Part shown: one piece after another, positions 1-9,923 of the stretch | Numbering within the stretch: the stretch's first letter is position 1 | Layout: every line of letters begins with the position of its first letter | Assembly (NCBI GenBank): GCA_958296245.1 | Contig: OY282458.1 | Location: 1,190,238 to 1,254,237 of the forward strand | Source: an uncultured Dehalococcoidia bacterium | GTDB lineage: Bacteria; Chloroflexota; Dehalococcoidia; Lucifugimonadales; G958296245 | Direction: 5' to 3' | DNA: 64,000 nucleotides | Position numbers and translations under genes: made by a program | The notes under the pieces: generated by a model | Told to the model about the DNA's origin: nothing | Seen by the model: the letters and a program-made list of their open reading frames with translations, nothing else | Database searches by the model: none

Positions 1-332
1 GCGGCGTCCACAACACGATGGCGAAGGTGTTCGACACCAGCGCGCCGGTGGGTCCCTGGATAACGCCCCGCGACCAGTTCCGCAATCCGCACGCGGCGCG
101 GCTGCGCCTTCGCCTGAACGGCCAGGAGGTGCAGAGCGGCAATACGAAGGACCTACGGTTCACCATAGAGGACATGGTGTCGGAGTCGTCCAAGTGGCTG
201 ACCCTCCAGCCCGGCGACGTCATCTCGACGGGGGACGTGGGCGCGACGGTCCCGCTTTCGCCGGGGGACGTGATGGAGGCGGAGGTCGATGGCCTCGGCG
301 TGCTCCGCAACCCGGTCAAGCTGGAGGAGTAG
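1..332 (+). CDS. Fumarylacetoacetate hydrolase (FAH) family protein, C-terminal part (5' end lies outside the window)
   Basis: The frame is open from the window edge to the stop at 330-332. The peptide ...LQPGDVISTGDVGATVPLSPGDVMEAEVDGLGVLRNPV... is typical of the C-terminal strands of FAH/HpcE-type enzymes. Confidence 0.75.
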   Translation, partial: GVHNTMAKVFDTSAPVGPWITPRDQFRNPHAARLRLRLNGQEVQSGNTKDLRFTIEDMVSESSKWLTLQPGDVISTGDVGATVPLSPGDVMEAEVDGLGVLRNPVKLEE

Positions 333-406
333 GCGGGTAGCGCCGCTACGACCCCGACCGGATGAAGTCCGAGACGCGCTCGCCGACGGCAAGCGTCGCC
401 GCGCTA

Positions 407-462
407 GTCAATTGACGTTGATTGGCTCATGCTATATGCTTGCTATTGCAATTCCATGCAAT
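407..462 (+). promoter_or_regulatory. Candidate promoter/operator of the Fur-family gene
   Basis: A 10-bp palindrome GTCAATTGAC (407-416) overlaps a TTGACG -35 (412-417), followed by N17 and TATGCT (435-440). An inverted repeat ATTGCA-N6-TGCAAT (445-462) ends 3 nt before the ATG at 466. Confidence 0.4.
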
Positions 463-465
463 AAG

Positions 466-927
466 ATGAGCTGCGAGGACCACTCCATACAGACGCTCCG
501 CGAGTCGGGGCACCGGCTGACGCCGCAGCGGGTCCTGATCCTGTCCGTACTGCGCCGCGCCGAGGGGCACATGACGGCCTCGGAGGTGCGGGACCACGTC
601 AAGGAATCGTACCCGTACGTTGACGCGTCCACGGTGTACCGGACGCTGGGCGTGCTGAAGAACCTGCGACTGATCTCCGAGAACAACATCACCGGGGGCG
701 AGTCAGAGTATGAATGGCTGCACCAGAACCGGCACCACCACCTGATCTGCCGTGAGTGCGGGGAGCTGACGCGGCTCGACCACAGATATCTTGCCAGCCT
801 GGGTACGGAGATCCTCGAGGACTACGGCTTCAAGGCCGACATTGACCACTTTGCCATCTTCGGCCTGTGCACGGGCTGCGTTTCGGAACTCGCAGCTCGT
901 GACTCCGAACGCATCTTGACGGGTTAG
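466..927 (+). CDS. Fur-family metal-responsive transcriptional regulator (possibly nickel-responsive, Nur-like)
   Basis: MSCEDHSIQTLRESGHRLTPQRVLILSVL...HHHLICRECG...CTGC shows a winged-helix domain plus HHH and CxxC...CxxC metal sites typical of Fur/Zur/Nur. The start was moved to the ATG at 466 inside the longer ORF 289-927. Confidence 0.85.
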   Translation: MSCEDHSIQTLRESGHRLTPQRVLILSVLRRAEGHMTASEVRDHVKESYPYVDASTVYRTLGVLKNLRLISENNITGGESEYEWLHQNRHHHLICRECGELTRLDHRYLASLGTEILEDYGFKADIDHFAIFGLCTGCVSELAARDSERILTG

Positions 928-930
928 GGT

Positions 931-1689
931 ATGGATATCGAAACCGGCGGAATAGCGACGGTGCTGATCCTAGGCTTCTTGCTTGGGCTCAAGCACGCCA
1001 CCGACGCCGACCACGTCGTCGCGGTTTCGACGATCGTGACGGAGCAACGCAACGTATGGCGAGGGCTTTGGGTGGGCGCCTCGTGGGGCGCCGGCCACTC
1101 GACGCCGTTGCTGGTGTTGGGTCTGATCATCCTCTTGTTCCGGGATTTGGTGCTCGGACGGTACGAGTCACTCGCGCCCTTCTTGGAGTTCGGCGTGGGG
1201 ATCATGTTGGTATATCTGGGTGTGAGCGTCGTGTGGAACATCCAACGGGGAAAGCTCCACGTCCACCAGCACATCGACGAGGACGCCCCGCACGTGCATA
1301 TCCACGCCGCGCACGAGGCGCAGGCCGAGCATGGCTCCGACACCGAGAGACACAACAGCTTCTTCGTCTTCGGGAGGCCCGTGTTCCGCCTCAAGTCGTA
1401 CGTCATCGGCGTGGCGCACGGGCTGGCGGGAAGCGCCGCCGTCATGCTGGTGCTCCTCCCGATCATAGACTCGTTCTGGACGGGCGTCGGATACCTCCTG
1501 CTCTTCGGCGTCGGCACGATGCTGTCGATGGCCGTGCTTACTGTCATCCTGGCTGTCCCGTTCGCCGCGACCAGCGGCAACTCCGTGCTGAACCGGGCGG
1601 TCGGTGTGGCCGCGGGTGTCGCCAGCGTCGCCGTCGGCGTCGCCGTGATGTCGGAGATCGTACTGGACGTCTCGATCATGCCGTTTTAG
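931..1689 (+). CDS. NicO/RcnA-type nickel/cobalt transporter
   Basis: The protein is multi-TM and has LGLKHATDADHVVAV and HGLAGSAAV motifs. A His-rich loop (HVHQHIDEDAPHVHIHAAHEAQAEH) resembles RcnA/NicO family proteins. The gene starts 3 nt after the Fur-family stop. Confidence 0.8.
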   Translation: MDIETGGIATVLILGFLLGLKHATDADHVVAVSTIVTEQRNVWRGLWVGASWGAGHSTPLLVLGLIILLFRDLVLGRYESLAPFLEFGVGIMLVYLGVSVVWNIQRGKLHVHQHIDEDAPHVHIHAAHEAQAEHGSDTERHNSFFVFGRPVFRLKSYVIGVAHGLAGSAAVMLVLLPIIDSFWTGVGYLLLFGVGTMLSMAVLTVILAVPFAATSGNSVLNRAVGVAAGVASVAVGVAVMSEIVLDVSIMPF

Positions 1690-1747
1690 CGCCCCCGGCG
1701 GCAGCTGCGTGGGGCCGTCCGCTACGGCGGCGGGAGGAGGTATTCCA

Positions 1748-3346
1748 ATGGCCGACGTGACGACCGGAGCCGCGTACGCCCCACGGGGGGACAGGCGGCT
1801 CGTCTACGTGAGCGATCCTTCCAGCATAGCCATCCATCACCTGCCCGATCCCGTGGGTGAGCATGACCTGAGGCGCTGGATCGACGATCTGGCCGACGCG
1901 GGCATGGATACGTTCGTGCAGGAGGCATATACGCAGGGCTGGACGACCTATTGGCGCTGCGGCCGTTTCGACTACGACGCGCGGCTTCAGCACCGGCGGT
2001 TCCTGCCGCTGCTGGACTCCGGGGTACAGCCGCTTCAAGTACTCTTGGACCAGAGCCACAAGCGCGGCATGGAGTTCCTGGCCGGGGTCCGCATCAACGA
2101 CAACCACGGCCACGTCTCGGTTGCCCAAGGCGTGGGGGCGGGCGCCCGCTTTCTCGTGGATAACCCCCACCTCCAGATACAGGAGGCCCCACCGGGTCCC
2201 TACTACAAGCTGAGTACGCCGCTGGACTTCACGCACCCGGAGGTACGCGAATACGTCTTCTCGGTGGTGGAGGAGCTGGCGCGGACGTTCGACGTCGACG
2301 GGATCGAGCTCTGCTTCAGGGACCACCGTTACTTCCCGCCGGGCAGAGGCGCTGACAGCCAGCACCTGATGACTGGGTTGGTGCGCCGTGTCAGGGAGAT
2401 GCTAGACGCACTCGGGCCGCTGCGGGGCAGAAGGTTTCTTCTGGGCGCGCGCGTCTATCAGACCCTGGATGAGTGCCATAGCCAGGGCCTGGACGTGCCG
2501 GGATGGATAACCGGCGGGCTGCTCGACTACGTGGCGCCGTCGGACGTCATGCACTCCGACTTCAACGCGCCGTATGAGCAATTTACCAGACTCGCGAGAG
2601 AGGGTGATTGCATGGTGTATCCTGGCGTGCTGCCTTGGAGCAGCGTCAGGATGCGGCGGCGGCTGGCTGAGCAGCCGCTGTCCCCGGAGCAGCTCAGGGC
2701 GCTGGCCCAGAACTTCTACGGCGCCGGCGCCGACGGCGTTTCGTTCTACAACCACTTTGTACCGCTCGGCTGGGCCCCCTTCTACCCCATGATGCTATTC
2801 GGGTTGGATGAGTTGGGGGACCCGGAGCGGGTGGCAGCCGGCAGCCGCCACTACCTGTTCGAGCCGACCTGGGCAGGGCAACTCGGATTCGGGGAGGGTA
2901 GGACCTCTACCGGCGCGCTCAAGGCCGACAGGATCGCCCTGAAGCGCGGCGACTCCTCCTCCGGCGGCCGCTACCGGCTCCGCGTCTACGAGGACGTTGG
3001 CAATGCCCGCCGGGCCATGCTCCTGTTCCGTGCGTACAACCTGACCGATGCCGACGAGGTGCGGGTCAGCCTCAACGGCTCGCCCGTGCCGGACGCGGAC
3101 CTGGGGCGCCGCACGGACGAGCGGCGCATCGACGTGGCCGCTCCGACCGACCCGAGTTCTAACGCAACGTTGGGCCTGCCCCTCGTCGCCAAGGCGCCGA
3201 GCTCATGCACGACCTTCTGGTTCAGGCTGACGGCGCCGCCGTTCAGGTGCGGCGAGAACGAGCTCGAGGTCACGCTTACTGAAAGCGACCCGGCGGGTGA
3301 GAGCGACGTGGTGATCGACGAGATAGAGGTGTTCGTAGCCGCCTAG
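1748..3346 (+). CDS. Hypothetical protein, glycoside-hydrolase-like TIM-barrel (GHL-type) domain
   Basis: GGAGGAGG lies upstream of the ATG at 1748. The segment ...LLDQSHKRGMEFLAGVRINDNHG...DFTHPEVREYVFSVVEELARTFDVDGIELCFRD resembles GH-like (beta/alpha)8 proteins. The functional call is from memory only. Confidence 0.6.
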   Translation: MADVTTGAAYAPRGDRRLVYVSDPSSIAIHHLPDPVGEHDLRRWIDDLADAGMDTFVQEAYTQGWTTYWRCGRFDYDARLQHRRFLPLLDSGVQPLQVLLDQSHKRGMEFLAGVRINDNHGHVSVAQGVGAGARFLVDNPHLQIQEAPPGPYYKLSTPLDFTHPEVREYVFSVVEELARTFDVDGIELCFRDHRYFPPGRGADSQHLMTGLVRRVREMLDALGPLRGRRFLLGARVYQTLDECHSQGLDVPGWITGGLLDYVAPSDVMHSDFNAPYEQFTRLAREGDCMVYPGVLPWSSVRMRRRLAEQPLSPEQLRALAQNFYGAGADGVSFYNHFVPLGWAPFYPMMLFGLDELGDPERVAAGSRHYLFEPTWAGQLGFGEGRTSTGALKADRIALKRGDSSSGGRYRLRVYEDVGNARRAMLLFRAYNLTDADEVRVSLNGSPVPDADLGRRTDERRIDVAAPTDPSSNATLGLPLVAKAPSSCTTFWFRLTAPPFRCGENELEVTLTESDPAGESDVVIDEIEVFVAA

Positions 3347-3381
3347 GGCGCTGAAGCGTCTCACCGCGCCCACGTAGAGGC

Positions 3382-4437
3382 ATGGAGGCATATGCTTTGG
3401 AGATCGGTATAGGCCTCGATCGCACGCTCGGGCTGTCGCCTGCTGAGGAGGCGGAGCTGTCGGCGGAGGCGGCGCGTCTGGGGTACGCCAGCATCTGGAC
3501 GCCGGAGGGCCCCGGCTACGATTCGTTCCAGATATGCTTGCACCGCTGGGAGGCCACACGCTCAGTCGCGCCCGGTGGGTTGTCCACGGGCATTTCGGTG
3601 TCTCCGGTAGCGCTGCGCACACCCTTCAGCCTTGCCATGAGCGCGGGCACGGCAAGTGTGCTGACGCAGGGCCGCTTCGTCTTGGGCATCGGCGCGGGCG
3701 CAGTACACACGCCGGAGGGAAGACGGCCTTACGCGTTCCCTGACGTGGGCGTCATAGAGACGATGCGCGAATACGTGACCGTCGTTAGGTCCCTAGTAGC
3801 CGGGGAGGAGGTCACGCACGACGGGCGCGTGTTCCGGCTGAGCGGCGCCAGCCTGGACATTAGCCCGGCGCCGGGAACGCCGGTCTATCTGGGCGCCCTC
3901 GGCCCGCGGATGGTGCGGCTTGCCGGTGAAACGGCGGACGGCGCGGCCCTGAACTGGTGTACGCCTGAGCAGGTGGCATGGAGCCGCATGCGCGTGGCCG
4001 AGGGCGCGTTGGCGGCGGGGCGGGACCCTGCCGGCGTGAAGCTGGCCGAGTACATCAGGGTGTGCGTGGACGACGACACCGACGCGGCTCGCGTTGCGCT
4101 GGCTAAAGCCGCGCTGGGGTATGCCATGGGGCCGCGGAGAAGCTCAGGCGCGAAGCCCATGGGATATAGGGCGCACTTCGAGCGGATGGGCTTCGCTGGG
4201 GAGCTGGCCGAGTTGGACCGGATGCGCGACCGCGGCTCCTCTATGGACGAGTTGGCGGCTGCATGTCCCGAGGAGATGCTGAGGCGCGTCGGCTACTTCG
4301 GAGATGCCGCAGGCGCCTCAGAAGCCATACGGCGGCTTGCGGAGGGGCTGGACGTCGCCGTGGTGCGCGTCGTTGCGGCGCGGCCCAGCGTGGGCTCAGT
4401 CCTGGCAACTATGCGCGCCGGCCAGCCCGGCGCGTAG
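3382..4437 (+). CDS. LLM-class (luciferase-like) flavin/F420-dependent oxidoreductase
   Basis: LGYASIWTPEGPGYDSF..., FVLGIGAG... and YLGALGPRMVRLAGETADGAALNW follow the typical LLM family pattern. Confidence 0.8.
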   Translation: MEAYALEIGIGLDRTLGLSPAEEAELSAEAARLGYASIWTPEGPGYDSFQICLHRWEATRSVAPGGLSTGISVSPVALRTPFSLAMSAGTASVLTQGRFVLGIGAGAVHTPEGRRPYAFPDVGVIETMREYVTVVRSLVAGEEVTHDGRVFRLSGASLDISPAPGTPVYLGALGPRMVRLAGETADGAALNWCTPEQVAWSRMRVAEGALAAGRDPAGVKLAEYIRVCVDDDTDAARVALAKAALGYAMGPRRSSGAKPMGYRAHFERMGFAGELAELDRMRDRGSSMDELAAACPEEMLRRVGYFGDAAGASEAIRRLAEGLDVAVVRVVAARPSVGSVLATMRAGQPGA

Positions 4438-4446
4438 GGCGGAGTC

Positions 4447-5313
4447 CTACACGGCGTAGGACTCGACCATCTGCTCCAATGTCTTGGATTTGGCGCTTCG
4501 GGCCATCTCTTCGATGCGGGCCTCGAACGGCGCCCTTCCCTCGTCGCGTAGCAGCACACCCAACGGGACTCCGCCACTATTGGCGATCTCGAAAGCCGCG
4601 CCAAGGTCTTCGGGGTCATGGTCGTCGGGGATGTCCCAGGCCAGCGGCGCGATGCCCTTGCGCGCATTGCCCTTGAGCTGCTCGTAGGTGTTGTGGTAGG
4701 TCGTGCAGGGCGACTGAACATGCACGACGGCGAACCCGGGGTGCTCCATTGCCTCGTAGATGAGGCCGGAGAGGTCCTTGATCTTGCTCGATATGGCGGA
4801 GGCGACGAAAGAGACTCCCGACGTAAGGTACATCCTGAGGGCGTTCAGCCCATCCTCCGGCTTGCCGTATGGCGTCGAGCTGGTGACCATGCCGTATTCG
4901 GCCGTTGGCGAGCTCTGGCCCTTCGTCAGGCCGTACACTGCGTTGTCCATTATGACGCAGGCCACGTTTAGGTTCCTTTGCGCCTGCGGGGCGATGTGCT
5001 CCATGCCGATGCTGAGGAAGTCGCCGTCACCGGCGACCACGACGACGTTCAGATCGGGGTTCCCCATCTTGACGCCCATGGACACGGGCAGGGTTCGTCC
5101 GTGCAGCCCGTGGAAGCCGTAAGGCTGCGGTCCCTCCAGGAGGTGGACCATGTTGCCTGAGCAGCCGATGCCGGCCACCACCACGGTGTTCTCGATGGGT
5201 ATCTCGGTCTCTACCATCCGTCTTTCGACGGCCTGCTCCAGCGCGCGCCGGACACCGAAGTCACCGCATCCAGGGCACCATTTGAAGTCGTACTCCGGGT
5301 TCTTGTCAGTCAT
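4447..5313 (-). CDS. korB: 2-oxoacid:ferredoxin oxidoreductase, beta (TPP-binding) subunit
   Basis: MTDKNPEYDFKWCPGCGDFG... is followed by the VVVAGDGDFLSIG TPP motif. The start was trimmed to the ATG at 5313, which overlaps the alpha-subunit stop (ATGA). Confidence 0.9.
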   Translation of the reverse strand: MTDKNPEYDFKWCPGCGDFGVRRALEQAVERRMVETEIPIENTVVVAGIGCSGNMVHLLEGPQPYGFHGLHGRTLPVSMGVKMGNPDLNVVVVAGDGDFLSIGMEHIAPQAQRNLNVACVIMDNAVYGLTKGQSSPTAEYGMVTSSTPYGKPEDGLNALRMYLTSGVSFVASAISSKIKDLSGLIYEAMEHPGFAVVHVQSPCTTYHNTYEQLKGNARKGIAPLAWDIPDDHDPEDLGAAFEIANSGGVPLGVLLRDEGRAPFEARIEEMARSAKSKTLEQMVESYAV

Positions 5314-7019
5314 ACCGCGACGCCTTCTCCTTTCCTTACTCCAATCCTTTCCGAGACTATGCGGACGAGGTCCCCGACCTTGAACGGCAGGCCCGTGTAC
5401 TGGGTGATCGACTCGGCGCGTACCCCCAGCGAGCGGAGCACCGAGGAGAACTGGCCCAGGTAGTTCAGCTCGGGCACTAGGACCAACTCCTTGGCGCGGA
5501 GCTCCTCTAGGAGGGCCGGCGGAAGCGGGTTGAGGTACATCGTGTAGTACCAGCCGATGTCTACGCCGGACTGGGCAAGCTGCCTGTAGGCGTCGAAGGC
5601 TGGCCCCTTCGAGCCTCCCCAAGGCATCAGGGCGACCGCGGAGTCTGTGCCGTCAGACTCGTAGACGCCGTCTTCGAGGAGCTTGAGCTTGCTGAATCGC
5701 CTCTCGGTCATCTGGATGTGCCGCTGCGGCAGATGGGTGGTGTCGCCCATCCCGTCGTGCTCGCTTGCGTTGGCGACGTAGCTGCCCGGGGTGCCGGGTA
5801 TGGGCATCGGCGAGAGCTCGAAGCCGTCGTAGCGCTGATAGCCGTTGCCGCCGGTGTACACCCTGCGGTTCTCGACGGTCAAGCTGCTCAGGTCGGGCTT
5901 CCGGATGTTCTGCTGCCGCTCGGACAGGGCGTGCTCGCTGAGGAGTATCACCGGGCCCTGGTACCGCTCCGCCCAGTTGAACGCCTGCACGGCTGCGTAG
6001 AAGCACTCCTCCACCGTACCGGGCGCGATGACCGGCAGCCTGACGTCGCCGTGGGCCGGATTCAGAGCCATCAGCAGGTCCGACTGCTCGGTCTTCGTAG
6101 GGAGTCCCGTTGCTGGGCCTCCTCTCTGGACGGCCGCGATCACGACGGGTATCTCAGCCATCCAGGCAAGGCCGATGCCCTCGCTCATCAGGGAGAAGCC
6201 CGGCCCGGCCGTGGCTGTCATAGCCTTCTTGCCGGCGTAGCCGGCGCCTATCGCCGACGTGATCGACTCGATCTCCGAACTGGCCTGGTAGGCGAACTTG
6301 CCGCTGCCCACCAGGTTGTTCTCCATCCATACGAGTATGGTCGTAGCCGGAGAGATCGGGTATCCGATAAAGAACTCCACGCCGACAGCGGCGGCCCCGA
6401 GGCAGATCGCATCGTTGCCGTTGAGCATTATCTGGTCGTATTCGGGTCTGACCGGGTCATTGAGCTGCCCCAGCCGGAAGCCGCTCGCCTTCGCCGCCTC
6501 GCGTCCGAGGTCGAGGGCCTTGCCGTTCGCCTGGACCACCTTGTCGCCGTATCGGCTGAAACGCTTCCTGTTGAACTCCTGGAGCGTCTCCTGGGGCATG
6601 TCTACCAGGCCGGCGAGGGTGCCCATGACCACCATGTTGGCGGCTCTAGGGTTGCCGGTGGACTTGCCGAGGCGGTCGAACGGGACTCCCAGGCTCTTGC
6701 TGTCGTCCTCGAGCTGGAACGCTTCCGAGTCGTAGATTATCACTCCGCCGTCCTTGACCTCGTCCTTGTGGAGGTCGTAGTTCTCGCGGTTGAAAGTGAC
6801 CAGGACGTCGAGGTCATCCCCGCGGCTCAAGACGGGCGAGGTGGATATGCGGGCCTGCATCCAGGTCGGCCCGCCCATGATCTGGGAAGGGAACGTGGCG
6901 AAGGTCTGGGTATGATATCCGGCTTGGTTGTTGGCCGTTGCGAACCCGACCGCGGCGGTTAGGAACCCCTGGCCTCCCTCGCCGGCGAACCGGACTACGA
7001 AGTCATTCTTCTTCTCCAA
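5310..7019 (-). CDS. korA: 2-oxoacid:ferredoxin oxidoreductase, fused gamma/alpha subunit
   Basis: An N-terminal gamma-like FAGEGGQG domain is followed by an alpha domain (GYPISPAT..., AGPGFSLM). The gene is translationally coupled to korB. Confidence 0.9.
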   Translation of the reverse strand: MEKKNDFVVRFAGEGGQGFLTAAVGFATANNQAGYHTQTFATFPSQIMGGPTWMQARISTSPVLSRGDDLDVLVTFNRENYDLHKDEVKDGGVIIYDSEAFQLEDDSKSLGVPFDRLGKSTGNPRAANMVVMGTLAGLVDMPQETLQEFNRKRFSRYGDKVVQANGKALDLGREAAKASGFRLGQLNDPVRPEYDQIMLNGNDAICLGAAAVGVEFFIGYPISPATTILVWMENNLVGSGKFAYQASSEIESITSAIGAGYAGKKAMTATAGPGFSLMSEGIGLAWMAEIPVVIAAVQRGGPATGLPTKTEQSDLLMALNPAHGDVRLPVIAPGTVEECFYAAVQAFNWAERYQGPVILLSEHALSERQQNIRKPDLSSLTVENRRVYTGGNGYQRYDGFELSPMPIPGTPGSYVANASEHDGMGDTTHLPQRHIQMTERRFSKLKLLEDGVYESDGTDSAVALMPWGGSKGPAFDAYRQLAQSGVDIGWYYTMYLNPLPPALLEELRAKELVLVPELNYLGQFSSVLRSLGVRAESITQYTGLPFKVGDLVRIVSERIGVRKGEGVAV

Positions 7020-7736
7020 ACTACCGACTCCTTGGCGGACCAGCGGTGTGGTGCGCCGAGTTAAGGCTCAACGGTGCGTCCTGCGGACGCCCAACAGGCC
7101 GGCGAGAGCGGTCACGCGACGAGTCGGACGCCTCTGATCGACGAAAACGGGCCTTTGCTACTCGATTCATTGCTGAATGCATTCAGTGGAACGCCACAGG
7201 CCAATTGCAATGACGGAATAGGCCATCGGACACTCTTCAATATATCTAAAGAGAGGCTCCCGTGTCTAGCTCTCTGTGGTCCCTTGCCGTGAGACCATCA
7301 GGCTGCGGAAGGACTTTTCTTACCTTCCTCTGACAGGCCACGGAAACGCTTATGCTCCTTTGATCTCCCTATCCTGGCATGAAGGCGAATAGATTATATC
7401 TGTAGGGACACCATCAGACTCTCGGCGAGTGGCTCTGCCCCTCTGCGCCCCCGTATCCACAGTCGCTCTTATAGTATATACGACCTGCCCTCCGTTCGCG
7501 TAGTCCGTGCTGTCGTGCGCCCCTGAGCGTACCGCCTCGTAGATAGCCGGGCCGATCCCTGCGCGACCGTATGGGCGAGACAGGTGGAAGCCGTCCAACT
7601 GGAATGCTGCTCGTGTACGCTGAGGTCTGCCATCAGCCTTGACCCTCCTGAAAGGTTTGTACTCCTTCCAGGTAAAGTATAAGACTGATGGCGCCTACTA
7701 AATCTGGGACAGGCTCGAACATCCACATCTACTTAC

Positions 7737-7766
7737 TTGACCCTCGGCCCCGGGATAGTGTATATT
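7737..7766 (+). promoter_or_regulatory. Candidate sigma70-type rRNA promoter
   Basis: TTGACC (7737-7742), N18, TATATT (7761-7766). It lies about 110 nt upstream of the mature 16S 5' end. Confidence 0.45.
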
Positions 7767-7840
7767 CAATTGACGCGGGTCGCCGACCCGTGGGAGCGTC
7801 GCCCTTAGATGCCTTTGGGCCTCATGGGCAGCCTCCGGCA

Positions 7841-7870
7841 CCTTAACAACTGGATAGTAGAAGGAACCAG
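7841..7870 (+). other. 16S leader arm of the pre-rRNA processing stem
   Basis: AGTAGAAGGAACCAG (7856-7870) is perfectly complementary to CTGGTTCCTTCTACT (9586-9600). CCTTAAC (7841-7847) pairs with GTTAAGG (9609-9615). Confidence 0.7.
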
Positions 7871-7872
7871 TT

Positions 7873-9398
<1,526 letters not shown>

Positions 9399-9585
9399 GG
9401 GAGTTAGGGACTCCCCCCGCCCAAGCGCGGGGTGGAACTCCTAGGTCGTTCGGCGGGTGAGAGTCGGCGAAGGACGCGGGTCGAGCAGGCCCCCACGTTG
9501 GGGAGCTCCCCAAATCCCGAACAGGCTCTCCCTATGAAAACCCGCCGGAAAGTCAACGCTCCACCGGAGCGAACGAAGTTTTTTT

Positions 9586-9615
9586 CTGGTTCCTTCTACT
9601 GTTCAGCGGTTAAGG
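9586..9615 (+). other. 16S trailer arm of the pre-rRNA processing stem
   Basis: Complementary to 7841-7870 (see the leader-arm feature). Confidence 0.7.
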
Positions 9616-9617
9616 CC

Positions 9618-9645
9618 AAGGGGCCGGGCACAGTACCGGCCCCTT
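9618..9645 (+). terminator. GC-rich hairpin between 16S and tRNA-Ala (terminator-like or processing structure)
   Basis: AAGGGGCCGG-gcacagta-CCGGCCCCTT forms a perfect 10-bp stem. It is followed by TCCAT rather than a U-tract. Confidence 0.35.
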
Positions 9646-9666
9646 TCCATATGCGCCGATAACTGT

Positions 9667-9742
9667 GGGGCTGTAGCTCAGATGGGAGAGCGCCTCCCTT
9701 GCACGGAGGAAGTCGGGGGTTCGAGTCCCCCCAGCTCCACCA
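9667..9742 (+). tRNA. tRNA-Ala (anticodon UGC), CCA encoded
   Basis: The sequence is GGGGCTGTAGCTCAGATGGGAGAGCGCCTCCCTTGCACGGAGGAAGTCGGGGGTTCGAGTCCCCCCAGCTCCACCA. It folds as a cloverleaf with the anticodon loop cTTGCAc and the G3:U70 alanine identity pair. Confidence 0.95.
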
Positions 9743-9923
9743 TTCACGCGGTTTACCAGGCGTCTCACCCGAAGACTCCAGGATCAGTCATGAACTACGA
9801 CAATAGAGCCGGTGTGCGTGGTGGTGAGCCCGACTGTTCACCGCACCCTCTCGACGTAATGGCGATATATGCCTTGTACCAATCCGACTGAATGCGAACG
9901 CAGATAAGAGGGCAGCGCACAAG

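Noticed and set aside
924-1679. 251-aa ORF antisense to the NicO/RcnA transporter gene.
   Set aside because: It mirrors the sense gene, has a T/S/A/P-rich biased composition and lacks an SD. This is a typical high-GC antisense artefact.
5718-6962. 414-aa ORF antisense to korA.
   Set aside because: The opposite strand encodes an unmistakable KorA protein. The antisense product is R/G/A/L-rich and has no motifs.
7350-7726. Small minus-strand ORFs (82 and 85 aa) in the korA-16S spacer. One contains ...GFHLSRPYGRAGIGPAIYEAV..., which is vaguely protein-like.
   Set aside because: There is no start/SD support, no recognisable domain, and the ORFs overlap each other. They may be a gene remnant, but I cannot support that from sequence alone.
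9720-9742. A search by eye for a direct repeat of the tRNA-Ala 3' end elsewhere in the window (37.3 kb and 43.2-43.4 kb junctions) as an att site.
   Set aside because: No convincing copy was found by eye. A computational repeat search over the whole contig is needed before claiming tRNA-targeted integration.
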